The translations under genes and the position numbers were made by a program. Below the pieces are notes generated by a model that ran no database searches, was not told the DNA's origin, and saw only the letters and a program-made list of their open reading frames with translations. A stretch of DNA of 64,000 bases from Trichomonas gallinae (lineage: Eukaryota), in assembly GCA_008369845.1 (NCBI GenBank), contig MRSU01004809.1, positions 1 to 64,000 of the forward strand, written 5' to 3'. Positions 1 through 11,184 of the stretch are shown here, one piece after another (position 1 is the stretch's first letter; each line of letters begins with the position of its first letter).

Positions 1-38
1 TTGCTCGGGCACAGTTCAAAGAGAATTGGCTCGGTCAT
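1..38 (-). CDS. possible 5' end of a gene running off the window (MTEPILFELCPS...)
   Basis: Minus-strand ATG at 38 with an open frame to the window edge. Only 12 codons are visible. Confidence 0.3.
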   Translation of the reverse strand, partial: MTEPILFELCPS

Positions 39-183
39 TTCTTCTCTGCGTTCCACTTTTCATGTCCGACAACCCAAAAAATGAAGTTCCCACCTTTTAT
101 ATTGATACTTTTTGTATACATAATGCTTATTTTTTTCGTTCTTTGAGAGAATTATCAATTAATTTCTTGAAGCCGAAAAAGTA

Positions 184-290
184 AGCGCCACTTTGCGTCA
201 TATAATTTGAGACATAATAAGTTATATGACGCAATCTGAGACTCTGCCATCGTTCACACCCCAGCCATCACCATGGCGTAAAATGGCGCT
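184..290. repeat. nested inverted repeats (hairpin or MITE-like)
   Basis: TTGCGTCATATAA (193-205) is the exact reverse complement of 222-234. AGCGCCACTTTGCG (184-197) matches the reverse complement of 277-290 at 12/14. Confidence 0.7.
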
Positions 291-1473
291 ACAAATAATA
301 TAGAAAACCGAATTGTAATGCATCTAAATATGAAGGTTTGTATAGAAAGCGTATAAAACTTAAAAAACTCAGTAAAAATCCTAATCGTTGGTAATTTTTT
401 ACATAATAATCGTTATCGTTCCACCATAGGTGCAAGTCAACCATATGGCGTCTAAATTCCAACACCATTGCGACATGTATTTGCATATTATATAGCACTC
501 TTGCTAATCAGGAACGTAATCACTTCACTTTTCAAAGTGATTTCACTTTATTCATGTTTTTCATTTATAAATTCGACTAGGAATATTCCAAAACCTGGTT
601 TAACGAAACTTTTTTTTTCTTCTTCTTCTCCTTAGGAAATAAGGTTCTGAAAAGATAATTTCCATGTTTTTTCCCTTAGATGATCTCGATTCTAAATTCA
701 TATGTGTATAATTGAAATTATAGTGATATCTATATCCATGAAATTAACACTTTTGAATTCTTATCCGTTTATCTAATCACGACTATTAATTTTCTATTAG
801 TTTATGTAACAAATGATAATACTATAATATATTGTTCTATATCTGAATATCATGGAGAAGTATAGCTAGTGATTTTTCTTTCCTGGATTAAAATCTTCAA
901 GAAGCTTCATGATTCGTTCATGTTAATGTCATTGATTAACTGGAATATTCATTGAAATGGCAATAATTTCCAAAATGGATTTTGTATTCTCAATTTTTTT
1001 TCATGTAAATGATGAGATTTTAAAAAATTTTATCCATAGATATATCATTTACCGGTATAATTCATAACAATTGCACGACACTGTTGAAAAAGATAAATTA
1101 TTTTCGAGAAATTATTGAAGATATCATAGTAATATGCTAATATTCTGTCTATACTTTTATTTTCGAATAATACTTAGTATTCCAAATTTAATATAAACAA
1201 TTTATCTTTTTTAAGGAGGGGTTTAATAAAAGTGAGAATTTTATTTCTGGAAAAAAAAGAACCGTAATCGAACTTTAATGTTAATAATATGCTACGGAAC
1301 TCCATACTAAGAGCGTTTCATGAAATTAAAAAAAAATTATGGTCGCTTTTTTCTTTAAATTTTAAATTACTTTTTGGTTCTAAATTTAGAATTAATCATT
1401 GCTGCAAAAAGTCGGTACAGCTCAGTGGGCCGCATCATTAAATTGCTGAAACAGTCAACTTTCTCTATAGTTA

Positions 1474-2778
1474 TTAATATAAATATGGTGAATTAATATC
1501 TATGACATAGTTACATCTTTCGTACATGAACGGGAAAGCTCTAACAACACGCGGGTCATTATTAGGAAAATGCCCCCTGTTAACACTTTCTACTAATAAT
1601 TTTGTCATTGCCGCCATGTTTTTAGCATCGCATTTTGCCCCTTGAGAATAGACACCTATCTGCCAATGAGCGACGCTTATCATGAAATAGTCACCTGCTG
1701 CGCCAAGCATGCAATTTGGTCCATCTAATGATCTTGATGTAAACAGCAAAATACCTGTCTTCGGCTGCATGAATATACAGTTATATACACCTGAACCTTG
1801 AGGGGTAATTAAAATTTTTATAGTAGAAAACGCTCTAATAATATCTGATATATTGCTGGATGAATATGTATCTATTATCCATTTTTTGTTGTTTTCAAGT
1901 TTAACAATCTTGTTAATCTCAACTAACAACTCGTCAATGCCAAGCATCAGTCTATACTTGCTTTGTCTGTTGATAATTTTGTACTCAGTTGGAATTATCT
2001 TCGTCAGGTTATAATATTTAAACAAAATATCTCTAACTTTAGGGATGCCGGCAATTGTATATCCATGAGAATAAGCGCCTATTCCTAGCACATAAAGATT
2101 CTCAACATGGACTCTTTCTTCAAATCCGAGCTCAATAAACTTAACATTTTTCATGAAATCAAATGCTTCGAGCCAAATTGCTGCTGTTTTAGCACCTGTT
2201 GGTGGAGCGAGCATCACAAAATCTTTGTAGTACAATTCTTTTGGCAGAAACATTAACGAGCATAAGAAGTCGTGGATTAAATGACCAAATTGTTCCCACC
2301 AGCAAGTAATGAAAACTCCTGTATCATAATAGCCGACGCATTTCATGTTTAGGAAAGGAAATTTCCATACCATATCCTGACGTGGGATATATGAAGTAGT
2401 GATGAAACCAACGTCGGTAGAGATATGTCGCGAGAGATAAACGTTTTCAAGTAATGAAACGTTGACTTCTGAGTTATTTAATCTTTGATGCTTAAAACCC
2501 AAAATATCAACGTTTGAAATATTTGTTAAATTAAAGTTATCAAAAAAGAGAACTCTGTTCAAGCTCTCTTGTGATGCGAAGATTTTATGCTTAGCGATTG
2601 TGATATGGTGTACCAAATCGATATGTTTCCTGTTATTAGTATCAAAAAATCGTATTTTTGTGGTGAAATTGAATTCATAAGAACTTCGGTATATAATGAA
2701 GGCGTGCAGTGTTATTATGAGTGCAATTAAATAGATTTTGATAGAATGCCTATGCATATATGAGGGTTTTGAATACAT
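1474..2778 (-). CDS. glycosyltransferase family 61 / DUF563-like type II membrane protein
   Basis: N-terminal signal anchor (IYLIALIITLHAFII), FGHLIHDFL motif, INR..YR motif, ITPQGSGVYNCIFM resembling the GT61 HGAGL.N.LFM motif. Confidence 0.7.
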   Translation of the reverse strand: MYSKPSYMHRHSIKIYLIALIITLHAFIIYRSSYEFNFTTKIRFFDTNNRKHIDLVHHITIAKHKIFASQESLNRVLFFDNFNLTNISNVDILGFKHQRLNNSEVNVSLLENVYLSRHISTDVGFITTSYIPRQDMVWKFPFLNMKCVGYYDTGVFITCWWEQFGHLIHDFLCSLMFLPKELYYKDFVMLAPPTGAKTAAIWLEAFDFMKNVKFIELGFEERVHVENLYVLGIGAYSHGYTIAGIPKVRDILFKYYNLTKIIPTEYKIINRQSKYRLMLGIDELLVEINKIVKLENNKKWIIDTYSSSNISDIIRAFSTIKILITPQGSGVYNCIFMQPKTGILLFTSRSLDGPNCMLGAAGDYFMISVAHWQIGVYSQGAKCDAKNMAAMTKLLVESVNRGHFPNNDPRVVRAFPFMYERCNYVIDINSPYLY

Positions 2779-3177
2779 GCATAAAAATTGCTTTTGAATG
2801 CAACTATAAAAAATGGAACCTTATTCTGTATTCCCGAATGTATTTGAGTGGAGTGGTATTCAATTTAATATATATGACGATATTATATTTATCGCTAGTG
2901 CTCATGGTGCTGTCGATCGGAACTATAACAAAATAAGATACCATATTATTTTAAAAAATTAGGGGCTAAGATTATTCACTTCACAAAAAACATTGAGTCA
3001 ATTAGTATCGATTTTGGTTGAAGGCGAAAATGAAATGTACTTGCTGCCATATATATGCATCGTAATTCAATTTCTGCTTATTATAATAAGAATCCAAAAT
3101 CGAATTCAATGAGTATTTAGCGTAAATGCTATGCTTAGCAATATTCTAATAAGCTTGGTAATAAGCACTTTCGACAT

Positions 3178-3213
3178 AAATTGAATAATATAAAAAATTG
3201 AATAATATAAAAA
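3178..3213. repeat. 17-bp AT-rich tandem duplication
   Basis: AAATTGAATAATATAAA twice in tandem. Confidence 0.7.
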
Positions 3214-3753
3214 GTATATAAAACATGCAAAGAACTTTTCTAATGCAATTTCAATACTGTAGCTAAATTGTGGCTATGTGATGTTTCGAAATAGACGATA
3301 ATCATGAGAAACGCGTAATGAAAATTTAAAATGCAGTGAAAAGTAGGGAAAAATTAGGTTATAGGTGAACCATGTATAATATTAATGAGAGAAATCATTT
3401 GTATAAATCTTGAGAATAGATTTTTTTAAAATGTTCGGGACTGCTTCCATTTGTTTCAAGATTTATTACGAGCATAATAGAATTCAAAATTTGTAATTTC
3501 AATTAATTGAATGCACATTCAATTAATCATTTTTGTTTTGAAATTAAATTGAAATATTTACGTGACAAAAATCAATTGCTTTTTGACATGTAAATGAATT
3601 TCAAGCATTAAATTGCATTCATATCGCCTTTAGAGCTGAGAAACATATACATATGTTCAAGAAGGTTGCGATTAAATTTAAACATTTTTGTTTTCAGATT
3701 TCATAATATTTACTATGTTAATATAATAATAACAAACAAATTTTAATATACAA

Positions 3754-6303
3754 TTACTTGTGACGTTGCATATTTGCAATGTATTCTTCTGCATAATCAC
3801 GGCAATCGTTTTCGGACATAAGATTCCTGAAAACGGAATCCATGTCGAGCTCGCTAAACTTCTCTGCACAGTTTGCATACCGAGCCAAGTCTGCAGCAAC
3901 GGCCATTGCAGAAAGTCGGTTCCTTCCTTTAGTAATAATATCATATTTAAGGCGGTCGCAATATTCGACGTACTCTGGAGCATAGCCTGTCTCGCTCATT
4001 GCATATATTGCATGAAGAACAAGATTCTCAAGCTTATCGTCGTTATTGTTCTTTAATGCGGAGTCAATAAAACGTTTGACAAGATCTGTTTCGCGCATCT
4101 CAAGCAAACAGTTTTTATCGGGAGCAACTTTCCGGATGATGATCGCAACATAAGCGAGAAAACTGTAGTTCTTAGAAATTTTTGCCAAAAAACTAATAGC
4201 ATTAGAGTTTTTGCTGATCATTGATCTGAGATTGGCGTGTGTCATAAGTGCAAGGAACAATCGTAATGTGTCTGATGTTGTTGGGATGCGTTCAAGCATC
4301 CACTCTGATTTCTTAAGAAGGAAACTTGCACCTTCTTCAAGTGAGGCGATTTTGACAAGACAGAGGTTTGCCTCGTGGTACTCTAAGGAGTTGTTCAAAA
4401 GAGATAGTATTAGTTCTGGTATCGCTGGAAGTTCATTGATTCTGACTAAGAGTCCAAGAGCATATGGAGCTGTCTGTTCTGTATCTAAATGCTCGATAAC
4501 TAGTCCATAGTCAATTTTAACTAAATTCTTGTCGTAGAAGTGGCTCAGAGCATTGTAGGACAGGCATATGCTTTTGATATCATCAGACTCTAGTGTCGAC
4601 AGGAAAATTTTAATAGACTGCTTCAGCCTGGCTTCTTTATACTCGTCAAAGTTGAAACAGAGATAAAATAAAGTCGAAACCAATTCGATCTCGCACGAGT
4701 TTGACAAGAATATCTGAGCTTTCTTGATTAAGAGATCCAGCAATGGCCATGAATTTGGGATTCGTTCAAAGAATTTTGCGTAATGCGACAGCAATATTAT
4801 GGCCCTCTTTGGACGCTCGTCGATGATTGTGACCATCGCTGGCTTGAACCAGTCGGAGAACTTAGTTGGAGCTTGTGAGAACAAAATGTTGTAGATGTCG
4901 AGCGACAAATCAAGCAATGAGCCAGGTGATAGAGGAAGTATTTTATGGAGACCTGCTTTGATGAATGAATCTCTATGATGCTTCTTTTGCACAATTTTCT
5001 GCAAACTTTTCAAAACGAGACTTGTTACTGAAATGTTCTCTGTATTCTTCAAATAGTTTGTAATGACTGACATAAAAAGTCTCGATTGAAGCTTCGGCAG
5101 TTTTACTGAAGCTTTCTGCAGCTCTGCCTTGAATGAGAAAGATTGAGGATCATTTATAGCTTCGATACTGATAAATTTGTGCTCAGACTTAAGCATGTTG
5201 GAGTTAGATTTGGTATTCTCATTCATCATACTCTTAAAGAATGGCTGTGATCTATTTGCGCTACTGCGCGATACAATAAGCGAACCAGATCGAGCGGATC
5301 TCATTACTCCTGTATTCACAGGTGCTTGTCTTGGAAGGGGCGATGCTGGAGTGGAGTGTGATGGGATTTTGGTATTGATTGACAACCATTTGCCTGTAGC
5401 CTCGTACTTCTTGATTTTTTCGATGATTTTTGCAACTTGAGTCGAATCTGTTCCAGGGAATGCTACATCTCCAGATTTAAACATTTCGTATATTTCTTTG
5501 AATGTTGGACGTTGGGAGGGGTCATCATTCCAGCACATTTCAACGAGATTTCGCAATGAAGAATCAATACATTCTGGGATTCGTGGTCTTTGATGCTCAA
5601 CCACAACTTTTCGTAAAACAGCAATAGGATCAAGGTTCTTCCATGGTATTTCATCGGTGATTAACTCGTATAATATCATCGCGAATGAATAAACATCGAC
5701 TTCGGGTCCATAGCTAGCGTCACCATTAAGTTCTGGAGCCATCCAGTTCGGAGTTCCAGCGCTTTTTGTCATCGGCTCATCTGATTGTAGAAACCGAGCA
5801 ACACCGAAATCGCAGAGTTTCGGAAGTAAATTATCATCCAGCAAAACATTCATACTCTTCAAATCTCGATGAATGATGCCAATAGCGTGTAGATGTTTCA
5901 TAGCATAACTTAAACATAAAGCAATAATTGTTCGGGCTGTAGGCGTCAGACGCGAATTTCGTTCAGGTGAACGCCTAAATCTGAAAAGCGATCTATTTGG
6001 AATGTATTCAGTAACGATTACTAATGGAAAAGAAACGGAAAATCCGATGAGATGTAGAAAAAATGGATGATCAGCCTTTGCCATTGTAGTAATTTCGCGA
6101 ATATAGCATTGTATCTCCGATTTCGTTATATCCGAGCGGATTCGTTTGAATGCAACTTTATCTCCATTATTTTTGTCTTCTGCGAGCCAAACTTCACTGA
6201 ATCCGCCATAGCCGATCTGTTCTATTAGTTTGTAATCATCTGGACTTATTACATAAGGCTGCAGATCGTTGCTAAGCGGAATAACTAAATCTTCAGGTGT
6301 CAT
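3754..6303 (-). CDS. TKL-family protein kinase with a long helical (ARM-like) C-terminal region
   Basis: GYGGFSEV, VAFK, HRDLKSMN, DFG, GTPNWMAPE, DVYSFA, CW..DP..RPTF. Start taken at MTPEDL (6303); an alternative ATG is at 6372. Confidence 0.9.
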   Translation of the reverse strand: MTPEDLVIPLSNDLQPYVISPDDYKLIEQIGYGGFSEVWLAEDKNNGDKVAFKRIRSDITKSEIQCYIREITTMAKADHPFFLHLIGFSVSFPLVIVTEYIPNRSLFRFRRSPERNSRLTPTARTIIALCLSYAMKHLHAIGIIHRDLKSMNVLLDDNLLPKLCDFGVARFLQSDEPMTKSAGTPNWMAPELNGDASYGPEVDVYSFAMILYELITDEIPWKNLDPIAVLRKVVVEHQRPRIPECIDSSLRNLVEMCWNDDPSQRPTFKEIYEMFKSGDVAFPGTDSTQVAKIIEKIKKYEATGKWLSINTKIPSHSTPASPLPRQAPVNTGVMRSARSGSLIVSRSSANRSQPFFKSMMNENTKSNSNMLKSEHKFISIEAINDPQSFSFKAELQKASVKLPKLQSRLFMSVITNYLKNTENISVTSLVLKSLQKIVQKKHHRDSFIKAGLHKILPLSPGSLLDLSLDIYNILFSQAPTKFSDWFKPAMVTIIDERPKRAIILLSHYAKFFERIPNSWPLLDLLIKKAQIFLSNSCEIELVSTLFYLCFNFDEYKEARLKQSIKIFLSTLESDDIKSICLSYNALSHFYDKNLVKIDYGLVIEHLDTEQTAPYALGLLVRINELPAIPELILSLLNNSLEYHEANLCLVKIASLEEGASFLLKKSEWMLERIPTTSDTLRLFLALMTHANLRSMISKNSNAISFLAKISKNYSFLAYVAIIIRKVAPDKNCLLEMRETDLVKRFIDSALKNNNDDKLENLVLHAIYAMSETGYAPEYVEYCDRLKYDIITKGRNRLSAMAVAADLARYANCAEKFSELDMDSVFRNLMSENDCRDYAEEYIANMQRHK

Positions 6304-6866
6304 TTGGCACTTTTCGAAAATTTTAATCAATTTTATTCCAAAAACTGAAGAAATGCAACTGTTGACACACATGAATCCGAAAACACAGCAAATCTTCTGA
6401 AAATGAATTCTGATTGAAATCTGTCACTTTACGTATCGTCCATTTTATGTCAACACTTTGCTTTTCTTTCATTGATTATTAAAGCATCAGCCAAGGAATC
6501 ATTTTTTATTACTCGTGAAAGCAATCGCGCCGGAAGACTGTCATGGACGATAGTATTTTTTTCAGAAGAGTTTTTTTTTTTTCGCGAAGCAAAGTAGTAG
6601 ATTCTTTGCAACATCAACATGGAAAATCGAGTAGCTTCTGAAGCCAGCTGTTTTTACTGTTGGTGATCTTTCAGTTTATGCACATGAAAATCGAAGTCTC
6701 AAAAGAAAGTAGAATAAACAGAAGTGATTCTGAATAAACAAAAATAAAATTATTTTTTACAAACGTAAATAATTTATAGAATTAATACCATATGATGAGT
6801 GTCTCTTAAATAATTTGTTTTCGATGAAAGTTGTTGTTTCTGTACGTTAAGAATACATAAGGAAAA

Positions 6867-7721
6867 ATGCGTTCTTCGATAAGTAATACGAAAAGGAAGC
6901 CAATGAAGGCATCACAAAAGATGTTCTGGGATGATAATGGAATTTTGATAGAAGATAGTCCAAAAAAACCTGTTAAAGCGGCGCCTCCAAAAATCATCGA
7001 AAAAGAGGAAAAGACTCCCAAAAAAAGAAGATCGAAAATTGATGAAAAAGAATACTTTGAGCTACAAACAAAGGTAAAAGAAGCAAAAGAAAATAGAATT
7101 AAAAAATCAACTATTAAACAAGTGAAAAGATCAAGCTCAGTCGCAGATTTCTCAAAATTTATACAGAGGCAGAATGATTCCGCTAAGAAACATGTTGAAC
7201 AACCAAAGAAGCATGATCATAAAATAACGTATTCAAACAAACGTTCTCAGTCTCTTACACGCAATACGAGATCTACAGTAGCATCGGCTTGTACCAGCAG
7301 AGCTCCATCCAAAATCAGCGAATTTGATTATTTAAACGATTTAAACGATAGTATACATTATACAGAGAAATATGCTCCTTCTAAGATTATAAACAGATCA
7401 TCCTCATCATTATCCAAGAACTCCACCACAAAATTCAATTATAAACACTTTGAGAAAGAAGAGGAAGATAGAACCAATAGAATGACCAAAAAGAAGAAAG
7501 AAATACTCAAGGAGAATACAGTCAAACCAAAAATTATTCGAAGAATCCCTGATCCCAAGAAGCTCGAAGATTTGTCAAGGCCAAAGGTTATCAAAACTGA
7601 AAAGATTATTCAACCAGATGATATATTTGATATTATTCCTCCTCAATCTCCCAAGAAGCGTCGTGGAGTACCAAAATATATTACTCAAGTTAATGCTTTC
7701 ACTAGGTCACTTAAGGCATAG
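6867..7721 (+). CDS. Lys/Ser-rich basic hypothetical protein
   Basis: 284-aa ATG-initiated ORF with biased composition and no recognised domain. Confidence 0.7.
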   Translation: MRSSISNTKRKPMKASQKMFWDDNGILIEDSPKKPVKAAPPKIIEKEEKTPKKRRSKIDEKEYFELQTKVKEAKENRIKKSTIKQVKRSSSVADFSKFIQRQNDSAKKHVEQPKKHDHKITYSNKRSQSLTRNTRSTVASACTSRAPSKISEFDYLNDLNDSIHYTEKYAPSKIINRSSSSLSKNSTTKFNYKHFEKEEEDRTNRMTKKKKEILKENTVKPKIIRRIPDPKKLEDLSRPKVIKTEKIIQPDDIFDIIPPQSPKKRRGVPKYITQVNAFTRSLKA

Positions 7722-7922
7722 AACATGGTTTGCTATGTTTATTATTAAACTGTTTTGTTAGTTTTTTTATAATTTATTGAAATTTCTTTTAATATATTGC
7801 AATTTTGAACTCAGAGATAAAGAATATAGCTGCACTTTATTATATATTTACACTATTGGACAAATATTGAAATTTCATAATTTTTGACATATAAATTTTA
7901 CTTGTCAAAAATATAATAATAA

Positions 7923-9314
7923 ATGACAAATAATGAAATTATAAAAACTAAAATAGAAACACAGCGATATATTTCCTGTTATATGTTCGAATTTCATCAA
8001 GGAAACCACCCGGAAGTGATCTGGCAACTAGGACCTAAACTTGACAATTGTGATGATATCATGTGGTTTACAGTCACGACTCCTGTAGCTCAAGATTCAC
8101 CACTGTGCAGTAACGATTGCTCTCTTTTTGTTTCTACGTTCGAATTTTACAAAATCTATTCTTTCTATTCTCTGGTGCCAGATGTGCAAGCTAGAGGATT
8201 TACTAGAACGCTGTGTCTATGTGTTGCCATTGATACTAGATCGAAAAGATTTGACCTACCGCTAGATACAATAACAAAAATTTCTGAAATTTTCAAAAAA
8301 TCAGTTGAGACATCATATGATTCATTCAAAAAAGATTTTTCAAATCATATAGGATCTTTAAATGCGACTTTGGCATCATATCCTGAATCTGCAAATTTTA
8401 TCAACTCAATTATCAACGAAATTATACCAATAGCTAAGAGTCTGAATGTTACCCCTAACGAAAATATGAGCCCAAAGAAGCCCGAATATTTTAATCAAAT
8501 TAATAACGATCTCAGAAAAGTAGACACTCTATTTGATATAAGTATCCTCACTAATGGAATGATTGCAATATTTGATGAAATTATTGATATTATTCCATAT
8601 GGAAAAGTTTATCTTGCTTCATATCCAGAGACAAAGAAATACTTGCACTTTGGTGGAATTTCTGGCGATAATTATTCTAATGCAATAATCAATATTCTCA
8701 AAAACTCGTACAATATTAATAATTCACAATATTTAATTTCTTCTTATCAAAAATCACGCGTTTTACAGCATTGTATCTACAGTATTTTTAGATGCATTCC
8801 ATTAGTAATAGAAACATCTGATAAAGAAGCTGCAATTTCACTAGCAAAGAAATTTTCAATATATGTTCCAGGTTACACAGATAATAAGATGTTTTACATT
8901 GATAAAATTACAGAGCCATCTATACTTGAAAAGTATTCGCTTATTGTTACAAATTACATTGATCGAAATATCGAAAGAATGGTTTCGATTCTAAATCCAG
9001 AGTTGAAATATTACGAAGGTCCTTTATGTCCTGTTGGATCTATTGTTGACAGAGGATTCAATTTCGAAACAAATTCTGACTCAACATTCATGATTTTCTC
9101 TTTAATGAAGCTTAAGGACATCGAAAACAAGTTTGTTACATTTGTTAAGCTTCATAACGTAGACAATTCGTTGCAAGATAACTTACATATCAATTTTTAT
9201 GACAAACAACTCTTATCAAATTGGAATGATATGATGCTTCTTAAAGGCTTATCAAATGTTATACAAATGGTTGATCAGTCTTCAATTCCATGGGGTATAG
9301 CTTCATTTTACTAA
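7923..9314 (+). CDS. FLCN/SMCR8-type uDENN (longin-DENN) protein
   Basis: FEFHQGNHP near the N-terminus; LVPDVQARGFTRTLCLCV matches the folliculin/SMCR8 L.D..ARGF.R..C motif. Confidence 0.7.
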   Translation: MTNNEIIKTKIETQRYISCYMFEFHQGNHPEVIWQLGPKLDNCDDIMWFTVTTPVAQDSPLCSNDCSLFVSTFEFYKIYSFYSLVPDVQARGFTRTLCLCVAIDTRSKRFDLPLDTITKISEIFKKSVETSYDSFKKDFSNHIGSLNATLASYPESANFINSIINEIIPIAKSLNVTPNENMSPKKPEYFNQINNDLRKVDTLFDISILTNGMIAIFDEIIDIIPYGKVYLASYPETKKYLHFGGISGDNYSNAIINILKNSYNINNSQYLISSYQKSRVLQHCIYSIFRCIPLVIETSDKEAAISLAKKFSIYVPGYTDNKMFYIDKITEPSILEKYSLIVTNYIDRNIERMVSILNPELKYYEGPLCPVGSIVDRGFNFETNSDSTFMIFSLMKLKDIENKFVTFVKLHNVDNSLQDNLHINFYDKQLLSNWNDMMLLKGLSNVIQMVDQSSIPWGIASFY

Positions 9315-9530
9315 TTAATTTGAATATGTGTACAGGCACTAAATTATATGATCATATTATTCATTCAGCGCAGTTAAACCATCTCTTCTAGCCTGAAAAT
9401 AGCTTGCCAAAACTCAAGAAAATTTCAAATTAGTATTTCTGCCATTGTAAAGCAAATAATTTGACAAAATGGCAAAATATCGATTTTACTTTTTAAAAAG
9501 CTTGACGAGGTTTCAATTGTTCTTGCTATG

Positions 9531-9620
9531 AGTTCTCAGACGGATTCGAACCAGTAATAATCACAATCATTAACAGGAGTCCAAAGCCAGCAATAATATT
9601 GTTGTTGCACTACACGAGGC
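9531..9620 (-). pseudogene. degenerate tRNA-like sequence
   Basis: Perfect B-box GGTTCGAATCC on the minus strand (9542-9552) and an A-box-like TGTAGTGCAA upstream. The stems pair poorly. Confidence 0.3.
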
Positions 9621-10746
9621 ACAGTTCACTAATATTTTTAACGAACTCATGTGAGATCGCGATCGACTTTATTTAATCTCTGCATCAGTTTCGACGTGCA
9701 TATGAAGCTACAACGCTCTGAGCCACTTCTACGACAAGAATTTAGTTAAAATTAACTATGGACTAGTTATTGAGAAAACCTAAGAATAAACGTTTCCGTA
9801 TCAAAACTAATTTACTAAAGCTTCAGAAAAATTATCATTTATATGTCATGCGATCATTTTCTGAGCCTCAACAAGGGCTTAATAAACTATAGTGTCATAG
9901 AAGAATGAAATACAATGTCAAATTTTCAGATGTTTAAAAGTGGCATTGTAAATTTATGAATGGCAGATATCAATACAAAGATCTCAAATTTTGCTTTAGT
10001 TTTAAATCATTTCATAATGTTGCAAGTTTTAGACGCAATTCTCAAGACGAATATTATTTTGATTTTAAATGAACAAAATAAATTGAAAACACTCAAATTT
10101 TATAAAGTATTCAAATATTTTCATAGCAACAAAAATTTGAAAACTTAACCTTTCGGGTTGTATTTTGCAAATATATGATTTTTATGCATATGTAATAAAT
10201 TTAAAATTGATGCGCTATTTGTTGACGAAATCTCATGATTGACTTATGCGTCTTTGTAATTGTAAATATAAGAAAATTTGAGAGTTTCTTTGTTTTAAAA
10301 TTGAATAGTTGAAATCAATGTTTAAAAATTAATGTTTATATCATGGTTAAATAATCTGCAAAAAAATATTGAGTTAAGCTTTATTCGACCAAAAACTTAT
10401 GTTATCTATTATTATATGATGTTTAGATGACTATAAAAACATCCGAGCATGCAATTTTATGAACGATCATATATGATGGATTTTTTTTATCCTATCATTT
10501 TTATGCATCGTTATAAGGTTGAATCTATTCCCATATATACAAAGTCACTTTCTAATTTAAATGCAAACATATTCCAACGCCATATTGAAAGTTGCAATTT
10601 AATTCGAAATTCAATAGTAAGTTTTTCATAAGACTTTGAAGGATATTTTATTACCCTAACATGTTCATATGGGCATTTCGAACAAGCAAACACGATAAAT
10701 AATTTGAAATAGCATTCAAATAACTATGACATTTGACATTTTCAAA

Positions 10747-11184
10747 ATGAGTAAGGATGATAAACGGCGCACTAAACGATTCACTCCAGAAGAGGATGAA
10801 GCAATAATTGCAGAAGTTGAAGCCCAAGGAGATTTTAAGAAAGCATTGTCAATTCTAGAACAAAAGTTTGCTGGTCAGCATTCCAGGAGAGCTATATCTG
10901 ATAGATATAAAGAATACCTTTGTAAGAATATGTCGTCATGGACCAGAGCAGAAGACAAACTTCTTTTTGCATGTGTCCAGGTATATGGAACCCATTGGTC
11001 GCGCGTTGCTTCATACTTGATCGGCCGTTCAGCTATACAAGCGCGCAACAGATATAGGCAAATTACGGCTATTTCGAATTTGAAGTTTCCATCCAGATGC
11101 AAAAAGAGGTTTAATTATTCGAAAACAGACGAAGAATTCATTCCAGAGAACTATGATAAAGAGTTTGGTGATTTCACTCCTTAA
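10747..11184 (+). CDS. two-repeat Myb-like DNA-binding protein
   Basis: KRFTPEED...DRY and WTRAEDKLL...YGTHWSRVASYLIGRSAIQARNRY. An alternative ATG is at 10726. Confidence 0.88.
   Translation: MSKDDKRRTKRFTPEEDEAIIAEVEAQGDFKKALSILEQKFAGQHSRRAISDRYKEYLCKNMSSWTRAEDKLLFACVQVYGTHWSRVASYLIGRSAIQARNRYRQITAISNLKFPSRCKKRFNYSKTDEEFIPENYDKEFGDFTP

Noticed and set aside
289..498. This and similar 60-100 aa intergenic ORFs (e.g. 9960, 11932, 32497, 33859, 40599, 44027, 63186)
   Set aside because: AT-rich I/F/L/N/K composition typical of non-coding DNA; no motifs.
1414..1460. TACAGCTCAGTGGG resembling a tRNA A-box
   Set aside because: No B-box or cloverleaf follows.
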